From: an uncultured Acidobacteriota bacterium
GTDB taxonomy: Bacteria; Acidobacteriota; Thermoanaerobaculia; Multivoradales; UBA5704
Direction: 5' to 3'
NCBI GenBank assembly: GCA_963770895.1
Contig: CAVYRF010000002.1
Span: forward strand, 2,752,001-2,816,000
Length of the DNA: 64,000 nucleotides
The notes below the pieces were generated by a model. It had not been told where the DNA came from and searched no databases. It saw only the letters and a program-made list of their open reading frames with translations. This document shows positions 17,543 through 26,475 of the stretch, one piece after another (positions within the stretch are counted from its first letter, which is position 1; every line of letters begins with the position of its first letter). The position numbers and the translations under genes were made by a program.

Positions 17543-17784
17543 CCGGCTCCGAGCGGATCGCCCGCCAGGTCGGGCGCGCCCTCCGACGGGTCCGCCACAA
17601 GCGGAGCTGCCGTCAGGGCCAGCTCGCCGCGGCGGCCGGCGTCAGCCGCTCCCAGCTCGCCCGCTACGAGCGGGGCCAGGAGCAGCTCAGCGCCGCCGCC
17701 CTGGCGGCGCTCCTGACGGCTCTCGGTTGCACCGCAGATGAGTACGGCTGCCACCTGGGACCATGGGGCATCCTCCCCGCCTGA
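17539..17784 (+). CDS. XRE-family HTH protein (cargo)
   Basis: LRRVRHKRSCRQGQLAAAAGVSRSQLARYERG. Confidence 0.82.
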   Translation: MTGSERIARQVGRALRRVRHKRSCRQGQLAAAAGVSRSQLARYERGQEQLSAAALAALLTALGCTADEYGCHLGPWGILPA

Positions 17785-17960
17785 AGGTCACCACGTTCAC
17801 CGTCCGGGCCAGCCAGGAGCAGGCCCGGCGGTGGGCGCTCGTCGCGAAGTGGCTGAAGTGCCGCTCCGTGTCCGCGTGGTTGGAAGAGATGGCCGACGAG
17901 CAGTGCAGGCGGCTCGAAGGGACGGCGGCCGACGCTGCCCGGAGGGATGGTAGGATATGA
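17763..17960 (+). CDS. Small putative ribbon-helix-helix protein (cargo)
   Basis: Alternating strand TTFTVRA followed by two helices (QEQARRWALVAK; SVSAWLEEMAD). Confidence 0.5.
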   Translation: MGHPPRLKVTTFTVRASQEQARRWALVAKWLKCRSVSAWLEEMADEQCRRLEGTAADAARRDGRI

Positions 17961-18190
17961 GCATGCCGTCGCGAATACTGCGCATGCCGAATCCTCACGG
18001 CTCTGCCTATCCGGAGTATCGAATCTCTAGGCTCGATATCCCAGGCGATACAAGCTTTGCTAGTCCCGGCAGCCTCCACACGCGGGCACTGACAAAGGGG
18101 GCCAGTGTCTCGGCACTTGAGGGCCTCGAAGAGCGCGCAGCTGCTCTGAATGTCGGCGAGTGGTTCGACACCGAGGACGAGAGTTCCTGA
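17957..18190 (+). CDS. Hypothetical protein (cargo)
   Basis: ATGA-coupled to the previous ORF and abuts the next one; no motif recognised. Confidence 0.35.
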   Translation: MSMPSRILRMPNPHGSAYPEYRISRLDIPGDTSFASPGSLHTRALTKGASVSALEGLEERAAALNVGEWFDTEDESS

Positions 18191-18192
18191 GC

Positions 18193-18435
18193 ATGCCTAA
18201 GCGCCCGCGCAGACCGCGAGATCCGTTCCAATTGGCGCACCAGATGGTCCGGGAGGTCATCGGAGAGGCACCCCGGCAGGTCCCGCCTACTCCCGACGAC
18301 AGTCCGGCCGGGGTCGCCAAGCGCAAGGGAGCGAGCCAGGGCGGTGAGAAGAGGGCGAAGCGACTCACGCCCGAGCGCCGCCGAGAGATCGCCCAGAAGG
18401 CAGCCGCGAGTCGATGGAACAGGCGTCCCGGGTGA
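18193..18435 (+). CDS. Small basic protein (PRDP.QLA / KGG..RA..LTPERR.EIA.KAA..RW type)
   Basis: MPKRPRRPRDPFQLAHQMV...GGEKRAKRLTPERRREIAQKAAASRW; I recall this pattern beside IS1/IS1595-type transposases. Confidence 0.8.
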   Translation: MPKRPRRPRDPFQLAHQMVREVIGEAPRQVPPTPDDSPAGVAKRKGASQGGEKRAKRLTPERRREIAQKAAASRWNRRPG

Positions 18436-18472
18436 TGGTACGGCGCGGGGAATGGCGCGCCGCCGGGGTGCT

Positions 18473-19063
18473 TTACCTTCGGGAGCCCTGCGGTCGCGGC
18501 CGGTAGTCACGCGGATCTATGCAGCCGTCGTACAGCGCGCGGTCAATTCGCAGCCAGTCGGTGCCATTGATGCCGCGCGTGTTAGTGGCGATAGAGCTAA
18601 CGGGAAAGGCCGACGCCATCTTCACCCATCTCCCCTGCTGCCTGGAGATCTTTCGTACCTCTTCAGCAACCTCCCCCAAATCCTGATCCTGACTAAACAC
18701 CAACGTCACGTCGCAGCGCCGCTCAAGGACGGAGCTGACGACATCGAGAGCGATGCGGACGTCTATCCCCTTCTCCTTGCCGTGGCGGAGAGGCCGCGTG
18801 AAGGTGTAGGCGCCGCGCCGGCCGAGCTGCGCTAGCTTCGCGTTCCAAAACTGGGTGCGGGGGTCACCCGCATCTGGGGCCGGGATGCCTGTGTAAAACC
18901 GTACCTGCTGAAGGGTCCAGGAGCGCTGCCTACAAAGAGCTGCGGCGAGGCAAATAGGGTCGTAGTTCGGGAACCTGTACTCGAAAGCCTCTTTCGCTGC
19001 GTTAAAGAGGTTTTGACCGTCGAAGAAGGCAACAGTCCGCTTGGTCAGGGGCTCGGTAGGCAT
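18473..19063 (-). CDS. NYN/LabA (PIN-like) ribonuclease domain protein (cargo)
   Basis: AFFDGQNL, VRFYTG, EKGIDVRIALD, LVFSQDQDL acidic PIN-fold motifs. Confidence 0.9.
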   Translation of the reverse strand: MPTEPLTKRTVAFFDGQNLFNAAKEAFEYRFPNYDPICLAAALCRQRSWTLQQVRFYTGIPAPDAGDPRTQFWNAKLAQLGRRGAYTFTRPLRHGKEKGIDVRIALDVVSSVLERRCDVTLVFSQDQDLGEVAEEVRKISRQQGRWVKMASAFPVSSIATNTRGINGTDWLRIDRALYDGCIDPRDYRPRPQGSRR

Positions 19064-19076
19064 TAGACAACGTCCC

Positions 19077-19122
19077 CAAAACACAAAACCCCGTCCGAGG
19101 CCTTGCGGCGTGTCGGGCGGGG
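19077..19122 (-). terminator. GCAA-capped hairpin with U-rich tail directly upstream of the NYN gene (attenuator or sRNA 3' end)
   Basis: Minus strand CCCCGCCCGA-CAC-GCC-GCAA-GGC-C-TCGGACGGGG-TTTTGTGTTTT. Confidence 0.65.
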
Positions 19123-19314
19123 AGCAATTCCTTCGTAGTTTGCCACGGCTTTAGCTCCTTCGTCAAACTCCATACAGGCTCCCCGTCGAGCCGGAGGTTT
19201 AGGCCAAGCTGAAAGAGGCGCGCCCCCTTGGGCGCCTCAGATAGTACGCCAATAGCCGCGTCTGACGCAAGAGTTGCATCAGTGTCACTGACGACGCATT
19301 CGTCGCCTCAGTCA

Positions 19315-19378
19315 TTGACACGTCACTCGCGGCCAGGTAGACTCTCCTGTGCTGGCTCTCTGAGCACAGATAGGAGGT
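19315..19378 (+). promoter_or_regulatory. Sigma70 promoter (TTGACA-N17-TAGACT) and a 5'UTR hairpin that can occlude the RBS
   Basis: Hexamers at 19315-19320 and 19338-19343; CTCCTGTGCT can pair with AGCAC...AGGAG. Confidence 0.65.
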
Positions 19379-19384
19379 CGGGCA

Positions 19385-19927
19385 ATGTCTGAGGTCGTAG
19401 AGAAGATCAAGGCTGACCTGGCATTCTGGCAGGACGCAATGGCGAAGGCCCGAGAGACCCTGACGGCCGGCGAGAGCATCGTGCCGGGCTTGCTGGAGTC
19501 CCTCGCGAAGCTGAATGGTCACCCGCCTACAGGGGACCAGCTCACAGAGCCAGCGCAGCCGGCTATGCCGTCACCGACAGAAACTACCGCAGCCGAACCG
19601 CCGGCAACAGCGCCCGCAACACCGCCAGAAACCGCGCGCCGTCGGCGCACCTGTGTCGAGGAGGTCGAAGCGGAACTGTTGAGAAACGCGCCGCTAAGTT
19701 CACATGACCTAGAGATGATCCTGGCAGCCAATGGCACTCCGTACGGCCCCGGAGCGGTCGGTTACGCGCTTCGCGATCTGATGAGAGCTGGCCTCGTCGA
19801 AAGGGTCGAAAAGCGAGGCAACCTCTGGTTCTATCGGCACGCAATAGTGCCAAAGGAGGTGGTGACTGACGCCCTTAGTCGCCATGTCCCCGCGCACGCC
19901 GTCCAAGTGATCCGGGGGAGCAGGTAA
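19385..19927 (+). CDS. Hypothetical protein: N-terminal helix, Pro/Ala/Thr linker, C-terminal winged-helix-like domain (cargo)
   Basis: Has its own promoter, RBS and terminator; PLSSHDL...AVGYALRDLMRAGLVERV. Confidence 0.7.
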   Translation: MSEVVEKIKADLAFWQDAMAKARETLTAGESIVPGLLESLAKLNGHPPTGDQLTEPAQPAMPSPTETTAAEPPATAPATPPETARRRRTCVEEVEAELLRNAPLSSHDLEMILAANGTPYGPGAVGYALRDLMRAGLVERVEKRGNLWFYRHAIVPKEVVTDALSRHVPAHAVQVIRGSR

Positions 19928-19989
19928 ATCCTGCCCAGTTTCTTCCTGGCTAGGGCCGACCTGGGGCGGGGGGTGGACTGAGGTGCATC

Positions 19990-20033
19990 GCCTGGCTGCC
20001 TTTCGCGAGAAGGCGGCCGGGCTTTTTGTTTCT
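19990..20033 (+). terminator. Rho-independent terminator insulating the transposase
   Basis: GCCTGGCTGCCTT...AAGGCGGCCGGGC followed by TTTTTGTTTCTT. Confidence 0.8.
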
Positions 20034-20074
20034 TGCACAGATCGGCATAGCCTGTCAATTCTAACTTGTAACCA

Positions 20075-20103
20075 TTGACTTTACACCACATGGCAAGCAT
20101 AAT
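20075..20103 (+). promoter_or_regulatory. Transposase promoter (TTGACT-N17-CATAAT), likely leaderless
   Basis: -10 ends 7 nt before ATG 20111; no SD sequence. Confidence 0.7.
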
Positions 20104-20110
20104 GTCTAGT

Positions 20111-20974
20111 ATGGCAAACGTGCTCAGCACCGCGAAGCGGGTCGCCATCATCTCCGCCCTTGTGGAGGGAGTCAGCGTTCGGGCCACAGCCCGCATGTTC
20201 GACGTGTCCAAAGACACCGTGATGAAGCTCGGTGTAGACCTGGGCGAGGCGTGCGCCCGCTACCAGGACGAGACGCTGCGGAACCTGATCTGCAAGCGCC
20301 TGGAGGTAGACGAGCTGTGGGCGTTCGTGTACGCCAAGGCCAAGAACGTGCCGGCCGAACGGGCGGGCGAGTTTGGCTGCGGCGACGTGTGGACGTTCAC
20401 CGCCATTGATGCCGATACGAAGCTGATGCCGTCCTTCCTGGTCGGGACTCGGGACGCTGGCTGTGCGACCGAGTTCATGCAAGACCTGGCCTCGCGCCTG
20501 GTCAACCGGGTCCAGCTCACGACGGACGGCCATAAAATGTACCTCTCGGCCGTCGAGGAAGGCTTTCAGGGCCAGGTGGACTTTGCGCAGCTGGTCAAGA
20601 TCTACGGCGCCGCTCCCGAGGGCGAGAAGCGCTATAGCCCGGCCGAGTGCATCGGGTGCGAGCGCATCGGCGTCACCGGCAACCCGGACCCTAAGCTGAT
20701 CTCGACGTCCTACGTGGAGCGGGCCAACCTGACTATCCGCATGAGCGTCCGGCGCTTCACGCGCCTGACCAACGCCTTTTCAAAGAAGCTGCGGAACCAT
20801 ACGGCGGCCTTCGGGCTCTTTAGCGCCCACTACAACTTCTGCCGCATCCACAGGACGCTGCGCTGCACCCCTGCCATGGCGGCTGGGGTGACTCCGCGGC
20901 TGTGGTCGATCGAGGATTTGGTGGGGTTGCTTCCGGCCGTCCCGCACGTCGGCGGCCGACCCAAGAAGAACTAA
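20111..20974 (+). CDS. IS1-family DDE transposase (single ORF, HTH plus catalytic domain)
   Basis: EGVSVRATARMFDVSKDTV HTH; EVDELWAFV, QLTTDG, STSYVERANLTIRMSVRRFTRLTNAFSKK. Confidence 0.92.
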   Translation: MANVLSTAKRVAIISALVEGVSVRATARMFDVSKDTVMKLGVDLGEACARYQDETLRNLICKRLEVDELWAFVYAKAKNVPAERAGEFGCGDVWTFTAIDADTKLMPSFLVGTRDAGCATEFMQDLASRLVNRVQLTTDGHKMYLSAVEEGFQGQVDFAQLVKIYGAAPEGEKRYSPAECIGCERIGVTGNPDPKLISTSYVERANLTIRMSVRRFTRLTNAFSKKLRNHTAAFGLFSAHYNFCRIHRTLRCTPAMAAGVTPRLWSIEDLVGLLPAVPHVGGRPKKN

Positions 20975-21077
20975 GTGGGACTACCCGGCCCAGCGCGCCT
21001 TGGGCGAAGCCGCCTGCTCCGTGCTACGCTCTCGCAGTTCAAGCTCCGGCAGGCGAACCGTTCCCACCAAGCCCGAC

Positions 21078-21613
21078 ATGTCGTTGCCGCCCGACCGCGT
21101 CGCAGAGGTCATCGCCCGGCTGCGCGACCTCATACCGCAGCGCTTCGGCGTGGCGGTAAACCTGGTCGACGTGCCGCCGCCGTTTCTAGGCGATCTGGAC
21201 GGCGCCGAAATCTACATCCAACGCGACGAACCGGGCGAAGCCCTGCTCTTCACCCTGGCCCACCTCTTCGGCCACACCGTGCAATGGAACACCAGCGAGC
21301 GCCTCCGCACCCTGGGCGGCCGCAAGGACACCGAGTACACCGCCGCCGAGATGCAGGAGGTCGAAGACTACGAGCGCGACGCCTCCCGCTACGGTCTTCA
21401 GCTCCTGCACGAAGCCGGCGTCCACGACCTGGACCAGTGGCTGACCGACTTCGCCGCCTGCGACTTCGCCTACCTGAAGCACTTCTATCAGACCGGCGAA
21501 CGCCATTCCCCGCTGGACTTCTGGCGCGACAACCAGCCCCTCTTCGACCCGCGCCCCATCCCCCCTTCACCCCCACCCGCCACAAGCTCCGCTGGCAAGG
21601 CGTCGTCGTCTAA
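21078..21613 (+). CDS. Hypothetical zincin-like protein (HLFGH), probable 1-bp frameshift near the 3' end
   Basis: LFTLAHLFGHTVQW...YERDASRY; codon quality switches frame at the C-run 21560-21565. Confidence 0.6.
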
Positions 21614-21620
21614 CCCATCA

Positions 21621-23618
21621 CTAGCGGCGGTTGCCGATGGTGGCGCGGAGGAGGCGGAGGCGGGTATCCAGCTGGTCGGGGGTGAGGTTGGCGTATTTGG
21701 GGGGTAACAGGCGGCGGCTGCTGGATTCGAAGACGGCCAGCAGCTCCATGTAGTCCAGGAGCTCGGTGTCGCGGCTGGGGAAGTAGTCGGCGGCGGCGGC
21801 TGTGAAGTGGTCGGCGGTGACCGGCGGATCGGCTTCTGGCGGGGGCGGCGGGGCGGGGCGGCCGGATGGGACGGGGCAATCCGGCGCGGTGGGACCGGCT
21901 TCGCCGGCGCCGCTTGCGTTGCCTGCGTCGTTGGCGTCGTTGGCGTCGTTGGCGTCACTGGCGGCGCGGGCGGCGTTGTCGTTGGCCAGGAGGATGACGG
22001 CTTCGACGTCGGCGTTGCTCCAGCCGACCATGCGGCGGGAGAAGGCTTCGCGGATGGTGGCGAAGTCGACGTCGGTGTGGATGTGATTCTTGCGCACGAC
22101 GGCGCGGGCGACGGCTTCGACTTCCTCGGGGGTCTGCGAATAGAGGAAGGGGATCTTGCGGTCGAGGCGGCCGGCGCGCTTCAGGTCGACGTCCAGCTTG
22201 TCGGGGCGGTTGGTCATCACCAGGAAGAGGATGCGCCCGCGATTGGTGGTGTCGGACATGAACTCCTTGATGCGCGCGATGACGCGCGAGGAGGTGCCGC
22301 CGTCGCCGTCGCCGTCGGAGGAACCGAAGGCGCGGTCGCCTTCGTCGATGATGACGATGACCTGGCCGATGGCCTGGATGACGGTGAGAATCTTTTCCAG
22401 GTTGCCTTCGGTCGCGCCGACCCACTTGGAGCGGAAGTTTTTCAGCTTGATGGCGGCCAGCCCGCACTCCTTGGCGAAGGCTTCGGCGACGAAGGTCTTG
22501 CCGGTGCCCATGGGGCCGGTGAAGAGCATGCCCATGGGCACGCGGCTGAGGCGCCCTTCGCGCATGTTGCGCGCGACCAGGGCCAGCTCGCGCTTGACCT
22601 CGTCCATGCCGCCGACCGCTTCGAATCCGTGCTCGGGCCGCACCAGCTCGACCAGGCCGTAGCACTCCCGCGCCAGGATCTCGCGCTTGCGGGCGACGAT
22701 GAGCCGCGCCGCTTCGGCGTGCATGCGCTCGCCCGCGTCGGCGGTGGACGCTCCCGCGGCCCCCGTCGCCGCCCCGGCGCCGGCCGCCGTGGCCGCCGCG
22801 CCCTTCGGCGCGAGCAGGGCGCGGATTTCGTCGCGGTCCAGGCCGGCGGTCAGCGCGGCGAGCTTGGCGGCCCGCGCCGCGGCGTCGGCGCCGCCGCCGA
22901 GCAGACCGGTGATGAAGGCGCGGCGCTCGTCGTCGTCGGCGACGGCGGGGGAGGGGGGCGCCAGGATCGAAGCCAGCTGCAGGGCTTTGAGGCCGCCGGT
23001 CAGGGCGGCGTAGCGCGCGGCTTCGGCTTCGTCCAGGGCGGGGTCGGCGAGCTGGGCGACCGCCATCCGGGTGGCCTGATCGGGCATCGGGATCTCTACC
23101 ACCGCGACCTTGGGGTTGGCGACCAGCTTGGGGGCCAGGTCGGTCAGGTTCTCCGCCACCAGCAGCACCACGTTGTCGCCCTTCTCGATCTCGGGCAGGA
23201 AGCTCCAGCGGTGCAGGGTCACCACCGCGGCGCGATCGGCATCGGTCTGGAATGCCGGGTCGCCCGCCGGCGCCAGGTTTTCGGCGTATTCCAGGACGAC
23301 GGCGATGCGGGTGCCGCCGGTGAGCAGCTTTTCGAGGCCCGCCAGGGTCTCTTCCTTGGCGCCGCGCTGCGCCAGCTCGGCCGGAACGTCCAGGCCCGGC
23401 GCGCGCTTGCGGAAGCGGACGCCGGTCGCCAGGTTGTAAAGGACGATCGTCTCCTTGTTGTCGCCCAGAAGCGGCCCGGCCAGGAAGTCGGCGAGCGGCA
23501 GCATGGTCTTGCGGTGCACCACCAGGTCGAAGACGTTGCCGTGCAGCACGAACATCGAGGCCTCACCGCGCAGATAGCGCGCGCGCAGGTCGTCGGCCCA
23601 GGCGGGAAGGAAGCTCAT
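21621..23618 (-). CDS. AAA+ ATPase (degenerate N-terminal module plus intact C-terminal module)
   Basis: [37 protein letters not shown]; ATGA overlap with the upstream gene. Confidence 0.92.
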   Translation of the reverse strand: MSFLPAWADDLRARYLRGEASMFVLHGNVFDLVVHRKTMLPLADFLAGPLLGDNKETIVLYNLATGVRFRKRAPGLDVPAELAQRGAKEETLAGLEKLLTGGTRIAVVLEYAENLAPAGDPAFQTDADRAAVVTLHRWSFLPEIEKGDNVVLLVAENLTDLAPKLVANPKVAVVEIPMPDQATRMAVAQLADPALDEAEAARYAALTGGLKALQLASILAPPSPAVADDDERRAFITGLLGGGADAAARAAKLAALTAGLDRDEIRALLAPKGAAATAAGAGAATGAAGASTADAGERMHAEAARLIVARKREILARECYGLVELVRPEHGFEAVGGMDEVKRELALVARNMREGRLSRVPMGMLFTGPMGTGKTFVAEAFAKECGLAAIKLKNFRSKWVGATEGNLEKILTVIQAIGQVIVIIDEGDRAFGSSDGDGDGGTSSRVIARIKEFMSDTTNRGRILFLVMTNRPDKLDVDLKRAGRLDRKIPFLYSQTPEEVEAVARAVVRKNHIHTDVDFATIREAFSRRMVGWSNADVEAVILLANDNAARAASDANDANDANDAGNASGAGEAGPTAPDCPVPSGRPAPPPPPEADPPVTADHFTAAAADYFPSRDTELLDYMELLAVFESSSRRLLPPKYANLTPDQLDTRLRLLRATIGNRR
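21925..21957. repeat. 9-bp in-frame tandem repeat (GCGTCGTTG, 3.6 copies) encoding [10 protein letters not shown]
   Basis: Seen directly in the sequence. Confidence 0.8.
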
Positions 23619-24661
23619 AGCGTGCGCTCGAGCCCGCCCAGCAGCTGCTCGGTTTCGCGGCTGGTTTCGCGCACCGCTTCGACGCCGTCGAGCAGGTCGT
23701 CGAGCTGGCCCGACAGCTCTTGCGGCGACTGCATGGTGACGATCTGGTCGGCGATCAGCTGGAAGGAGTTTTCGATCAGGTCGAGCTGGCCTTTGGCGAC
23801 CGTCAGGTAGCGGCGGATCTCCTGCTGCTTTTCCACCCGCTTGGTGACCACCGCCAGGTTGCGCTTGGCGATGCCGGCGGCGGCGGTGTCGTCGCCGGCA
23901 TCTTCCGCCGCCTGCTGGTAGCGGCGCCGCTCGCGTTCCAGCCCCGCCGGGTCGGCGCTCTGGAGGTACGCTTCGTAGCGGGCGCACGTCCTGGCCATCT
24001 CGACGAATGCGTCCACCAGGCGGTCGGTCTTGACCAGCTCGCTCTGCATGAGGTCGCCGGCGAAGGTGGGGTTTTCCGCCGCCAGGCGGCGGATCTCGGC
24101 CTGGCGGGCGGCGAGCGCGTTGACCCGGTCGAGCGCTTCGTCGGGCAGGCCCGCCAGCCGGCGCGCGCGGTCCTGCGCGTCCAGCATCTCCTTGAGCCGC
24201 GCGAAGCGCGGGTCCCACAGGATGTGGCGCAGGCGCTTGCTGTCGGGAGCGAACAGCAGCCACAGCGCCTCGAACCCCAACGTCCCCAGCGCCAGCAGCG
24301 GGTTGGCCGTCAGCAGCGCCGCCGCCAGCCCGCCGCCGACCAGCGACAGGTTGAAGGGGTTGGCAAAGGCCATCTTGAAATACGACGGCGTTGCGCCGCG
24401 GTCGCGGTCGCCGTAGACCGCCCCGCGCTCGGCGCCGGCCGGGGGGCGATAGTCGTCGCGGATCTCGGCCGCGGCGGCGGGCTGCCGGCGCTGCGCCAGC
24501 GGCTGCGCCGCCGTCATCGGTGCCCGCCCAGGCTGCTGCTGCTGAGGCTGGGGCGGCGCCGGCGCGAACGGAGCGCGTCCCACCGCCGGTGCCATGGGCG
24601 TGCCGGCCGTGCCGGCCGGACGCGGCGCCGCCGTCGCGGGCGCCTGCCGCTGCTGCGGCAC
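23615..24661 (-). CDS. Membrane-anchored coiled-coil protein (2 TM); start uncertain
   Basis: NPFNLSLVGGGLAAALLTANPLLALGTLGFEALWLLF followed by a long helical region; coupled to the AAA gene. Confidence 0.75.
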   Translation of the reverse strand: MPQQRQAPATAAPRPAGTAGTPMAPAVGRAPFAPAPPQPQQQQPGRAPMTAAQPLAQRRQPAAAAEIRDDYRPPAGAERGAVYGDRDRGATPSYFKMAFANPFNLSLVGGGLAAALLTANPLLALGTLGFEALWLLFAPDSKRLRHILWDPRFARLKEMLDAQDRARRLAGLPDEALDRVNALAARQAEIRRLAAENPTFAGDLMQSELVKTDRLVDAFVEMARTCARYEAYLQSADPAGLERERRRYQQAAEDAGDDTAAAGIAKRNLAVVTKRVEKQQEIRRYLTVAKGQLDLIENSFQLIADQIVTMQSPQELSGQLDDLLDGVEAVRETSRETEQLLGGLERTL

Positions 24662-24749
24662 GGCATGGGGCTGTTCCTTTTGGCTGCTATCCACGGCAAG
24701 GGTTCCACCGCCCGCGCTGGCCGGGTCCGTAACGGCACCCGCCTGCCGG

Positions 24750-25664
24750 CTAAACCTTGGCAGGCGGAGTGTAAAGCAGATCCAGCAGCTTTTTCTCCAC
24801 CGCCCGGAACTCCGCCGAGGACTTGAGGTTGATGTCGCGGTGGGCGAAGTACGGCACGTCGACGCGATGGAGGATGCGCGCCGGCCGCGACGACACGATG
24901 TAGACGGTGTCCGCCAGGTAGACCGCCTCGGACACGTCGTGGGTGACAAAGACGATGGTGTTGTCCTCGGTCTGGGACACGTCGAGCAGCAGTCCCTGCA
25001 TCCCCCAGCGGGTCTGCGGATCGAGGGCGCCGAACGGCTCGTCCATCAGCACCACGTGCGGCCGGTTGATCAAGGTGCGCGCGATGGCGACGCGCTGCTT
25101 CATGCCGCCCGACAGCTCGCGCGGGTAGCGGTCGCCAAACTCCGCCAGGCCGACCGAGTGCAGGTACTTGTCGGCCTGCGCGCGGCGCGAGTCGGCCGGC
25201 ACCCCCTGCAGCTTGAGCCCGTATTCCACGTTGGCGCGCACGGTCAGCCAGGCAAACGAGGTGTAGGCCTGAAACACCATGCCGCGGTCGCGTCCCACTC
25301 CGGTGACCGGTTCGCCGTGCACCAGCACCTCGCCCGCAGTGGGCACGATCAGGCCGGCGATGGTCTTGAGCAGCGTCGACTTGCCGCAGCCCGACGGCCC
25401 CAGAAACACCACCAGCTCTCCCACTCCCGGCTTGTCCAGGATGTCGAAGGACAGGTCGCGCACCGCCTCCAGCCCGACGCCGTGGTGGTCCAGGTAGCTC
25501 ACCGACAGGTTGCTGACGCGCAGCTTGGGAACCTGGTCCGTGGGCTCGGCGTGGTAGGTCGGCCGGTCTCGCGTGTCGGCGGGCGGCGTGATGGCGACGG
25601 TGCCGGGCTCGCCCGCCTGCGGGGCGGGCGCCGGAGCCGTGCTGGGAGTTTCGGAATCGATCAT
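24750..25664 (-). CDS. ABC transporter ATP-binding protein, NitT/TauT family
   Basis: GPSGCGKST, LSGGMKQR, LMDEPFGALD, FVTHDVSEAV. Confidence 0.95.
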   Translation of the reverse strand: MIDSETPSTAPAPAPQAGEPGTVAITPPADTRDRPTYHAEPTDQVPKLRVSNLSVSYLDHHGVGLEAVRDLSFDILDKPGVGELVVFLGPSGCGKSTLLKTIAGLIVPTAGEVLVHGEPVTGVGRDRGMVFQAYTSFAWLTVRANVEYGLKLQGVPADSRRAQADKYLHSVGLAEFGDRYPRELSGGMKQRVAIARTLINRPHVVLMDEPFGALDPQTRWGMQGLLLDVSQTEDNTIVFVTHDVSEAVYLADTVYIVSSRPARILHRVDVPYFAHRDINLKSSAEFRAVEKKLLDLLYTPPAKV

Positions 25665-25671
25665 GGGCTGC

Positions 25672-26475
25672 TCATTCGACCGTCGACTCGCGCCAGCGGA
25701 ACAGGTAGTCGGAGAGCGACCGGATGAGGTAATCGGTCAGCAAGCCGATGCCGCCGATCACCAGCAGGCCGGCAAACGACCACGAAGCCTTGAAGTGGGT
25801 GCGCGCCAGCTCCACCATGTACCCCAGGCCGCGCTCGGGATTGACCAGTTCGGCAAGGATCACGTACGTCCACGAAATGGAGTTCATCACCCGGAACGAA
25901 TCGAAGATCTCGGGCAGCGCCGCCGGCACCAGCACGGTGCGCACCACCTGCGCCTTGCTGGCTCCCAGCGTCAGCGCGGTCTGCACCAGCTCTTCGGGCA
26001 CGGCGCGAATCGAGGAGACGACCACCGGCAGCAGGTAGACGAAGACGCCCAGGAAGAGAAAGGCGATCTTTTCCTTCTCGTAGATCCCGAACCACAGGAT
26101 GAGCAGTGAGATGAACGCCGAGATCGGCATGTAGCGCAGCGGCGCCATGATCGGTTCAAAAAAGCGATTGATCGGCTCGAAGGCGCCCATCGCGACGCCG
26201 ATGGGCAGTGCCAGCGCCGAGGCCAGCAGGAAGGCCAGGGCGATCCGTCGCGTCGAGACGAGGATCGCCACGCCCAGATCGTACTGCACGAACAGCTGAA
26301 TCGTGCCGCGCACCACTTCGGTGGGCGACGGCAGGAAATCGGGTGGTGCGAACCGCCCGTAGGTCAGCACGCACCACACCAGGATGACCAGGCACGGGGC
26401 GACAAACCCCAGCGCGAACGAAATCGTCCGCGGCAGAGGCTGGCGCAGCGCGAAGAGGTCCCGCCGTCGCGCCAT
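25672..26475 (-). CDS. ABC transporter permease, NitT/TauT family
   Basis: FLPSPTEV, PLRYMP, EAA-like loop ELVQTALTLGASK; ATG 26475 overlaps the SBP stop. Confidence 0.93.
   Translation of the reverse strand: MARRRDLFALRQPLPRTISFALGFVAPCLVILVWCVLTYGRFAPPDFLPSPTEVVRGTIQLFVQYDLGVAILVSTRRIALAFLLASALALPIGVAMGAFEPINRFFEPIMAPLRYMPISAFISLLILWFGIYEKEKIAFLFLGVFVYLLPVVVSSIRAVPEELVQTALTLGASKAQVVRTVLVPAALPEIFDSFRVMNSISWTYVILAELVNPERGLGYMVELARTHFKASWSFAGLLVIGGIGLLTDYLIRSLSDYLFRWRESTVE

Larger units (their letters stand above)
16573..20985. mobile_element. IS1-family cargo transposon (about 4.4 kb) with 8-bp target-site duplication CGGCCCAG
   Basis: Ends GGTAGT (16573) and ACTACC (20980-20985); identical CGGCCCAG at 16565-16572 and 20986-20993; transposase stop 11 nt from the right end; lower-GC interior. 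Confidence 0.88.

Noticed and set aside
18007-18510. Minus-strand ORFs across the small basic protein gene
   Set aside because: Antisense shadow of the recognisable plus-strand protein at 18193-18435
16743-19927. Prophage remnant suggested by the XRE regulators
   Set aside because: No integrase or structural genes; boundaries are explained by IS1 ends and the TSD
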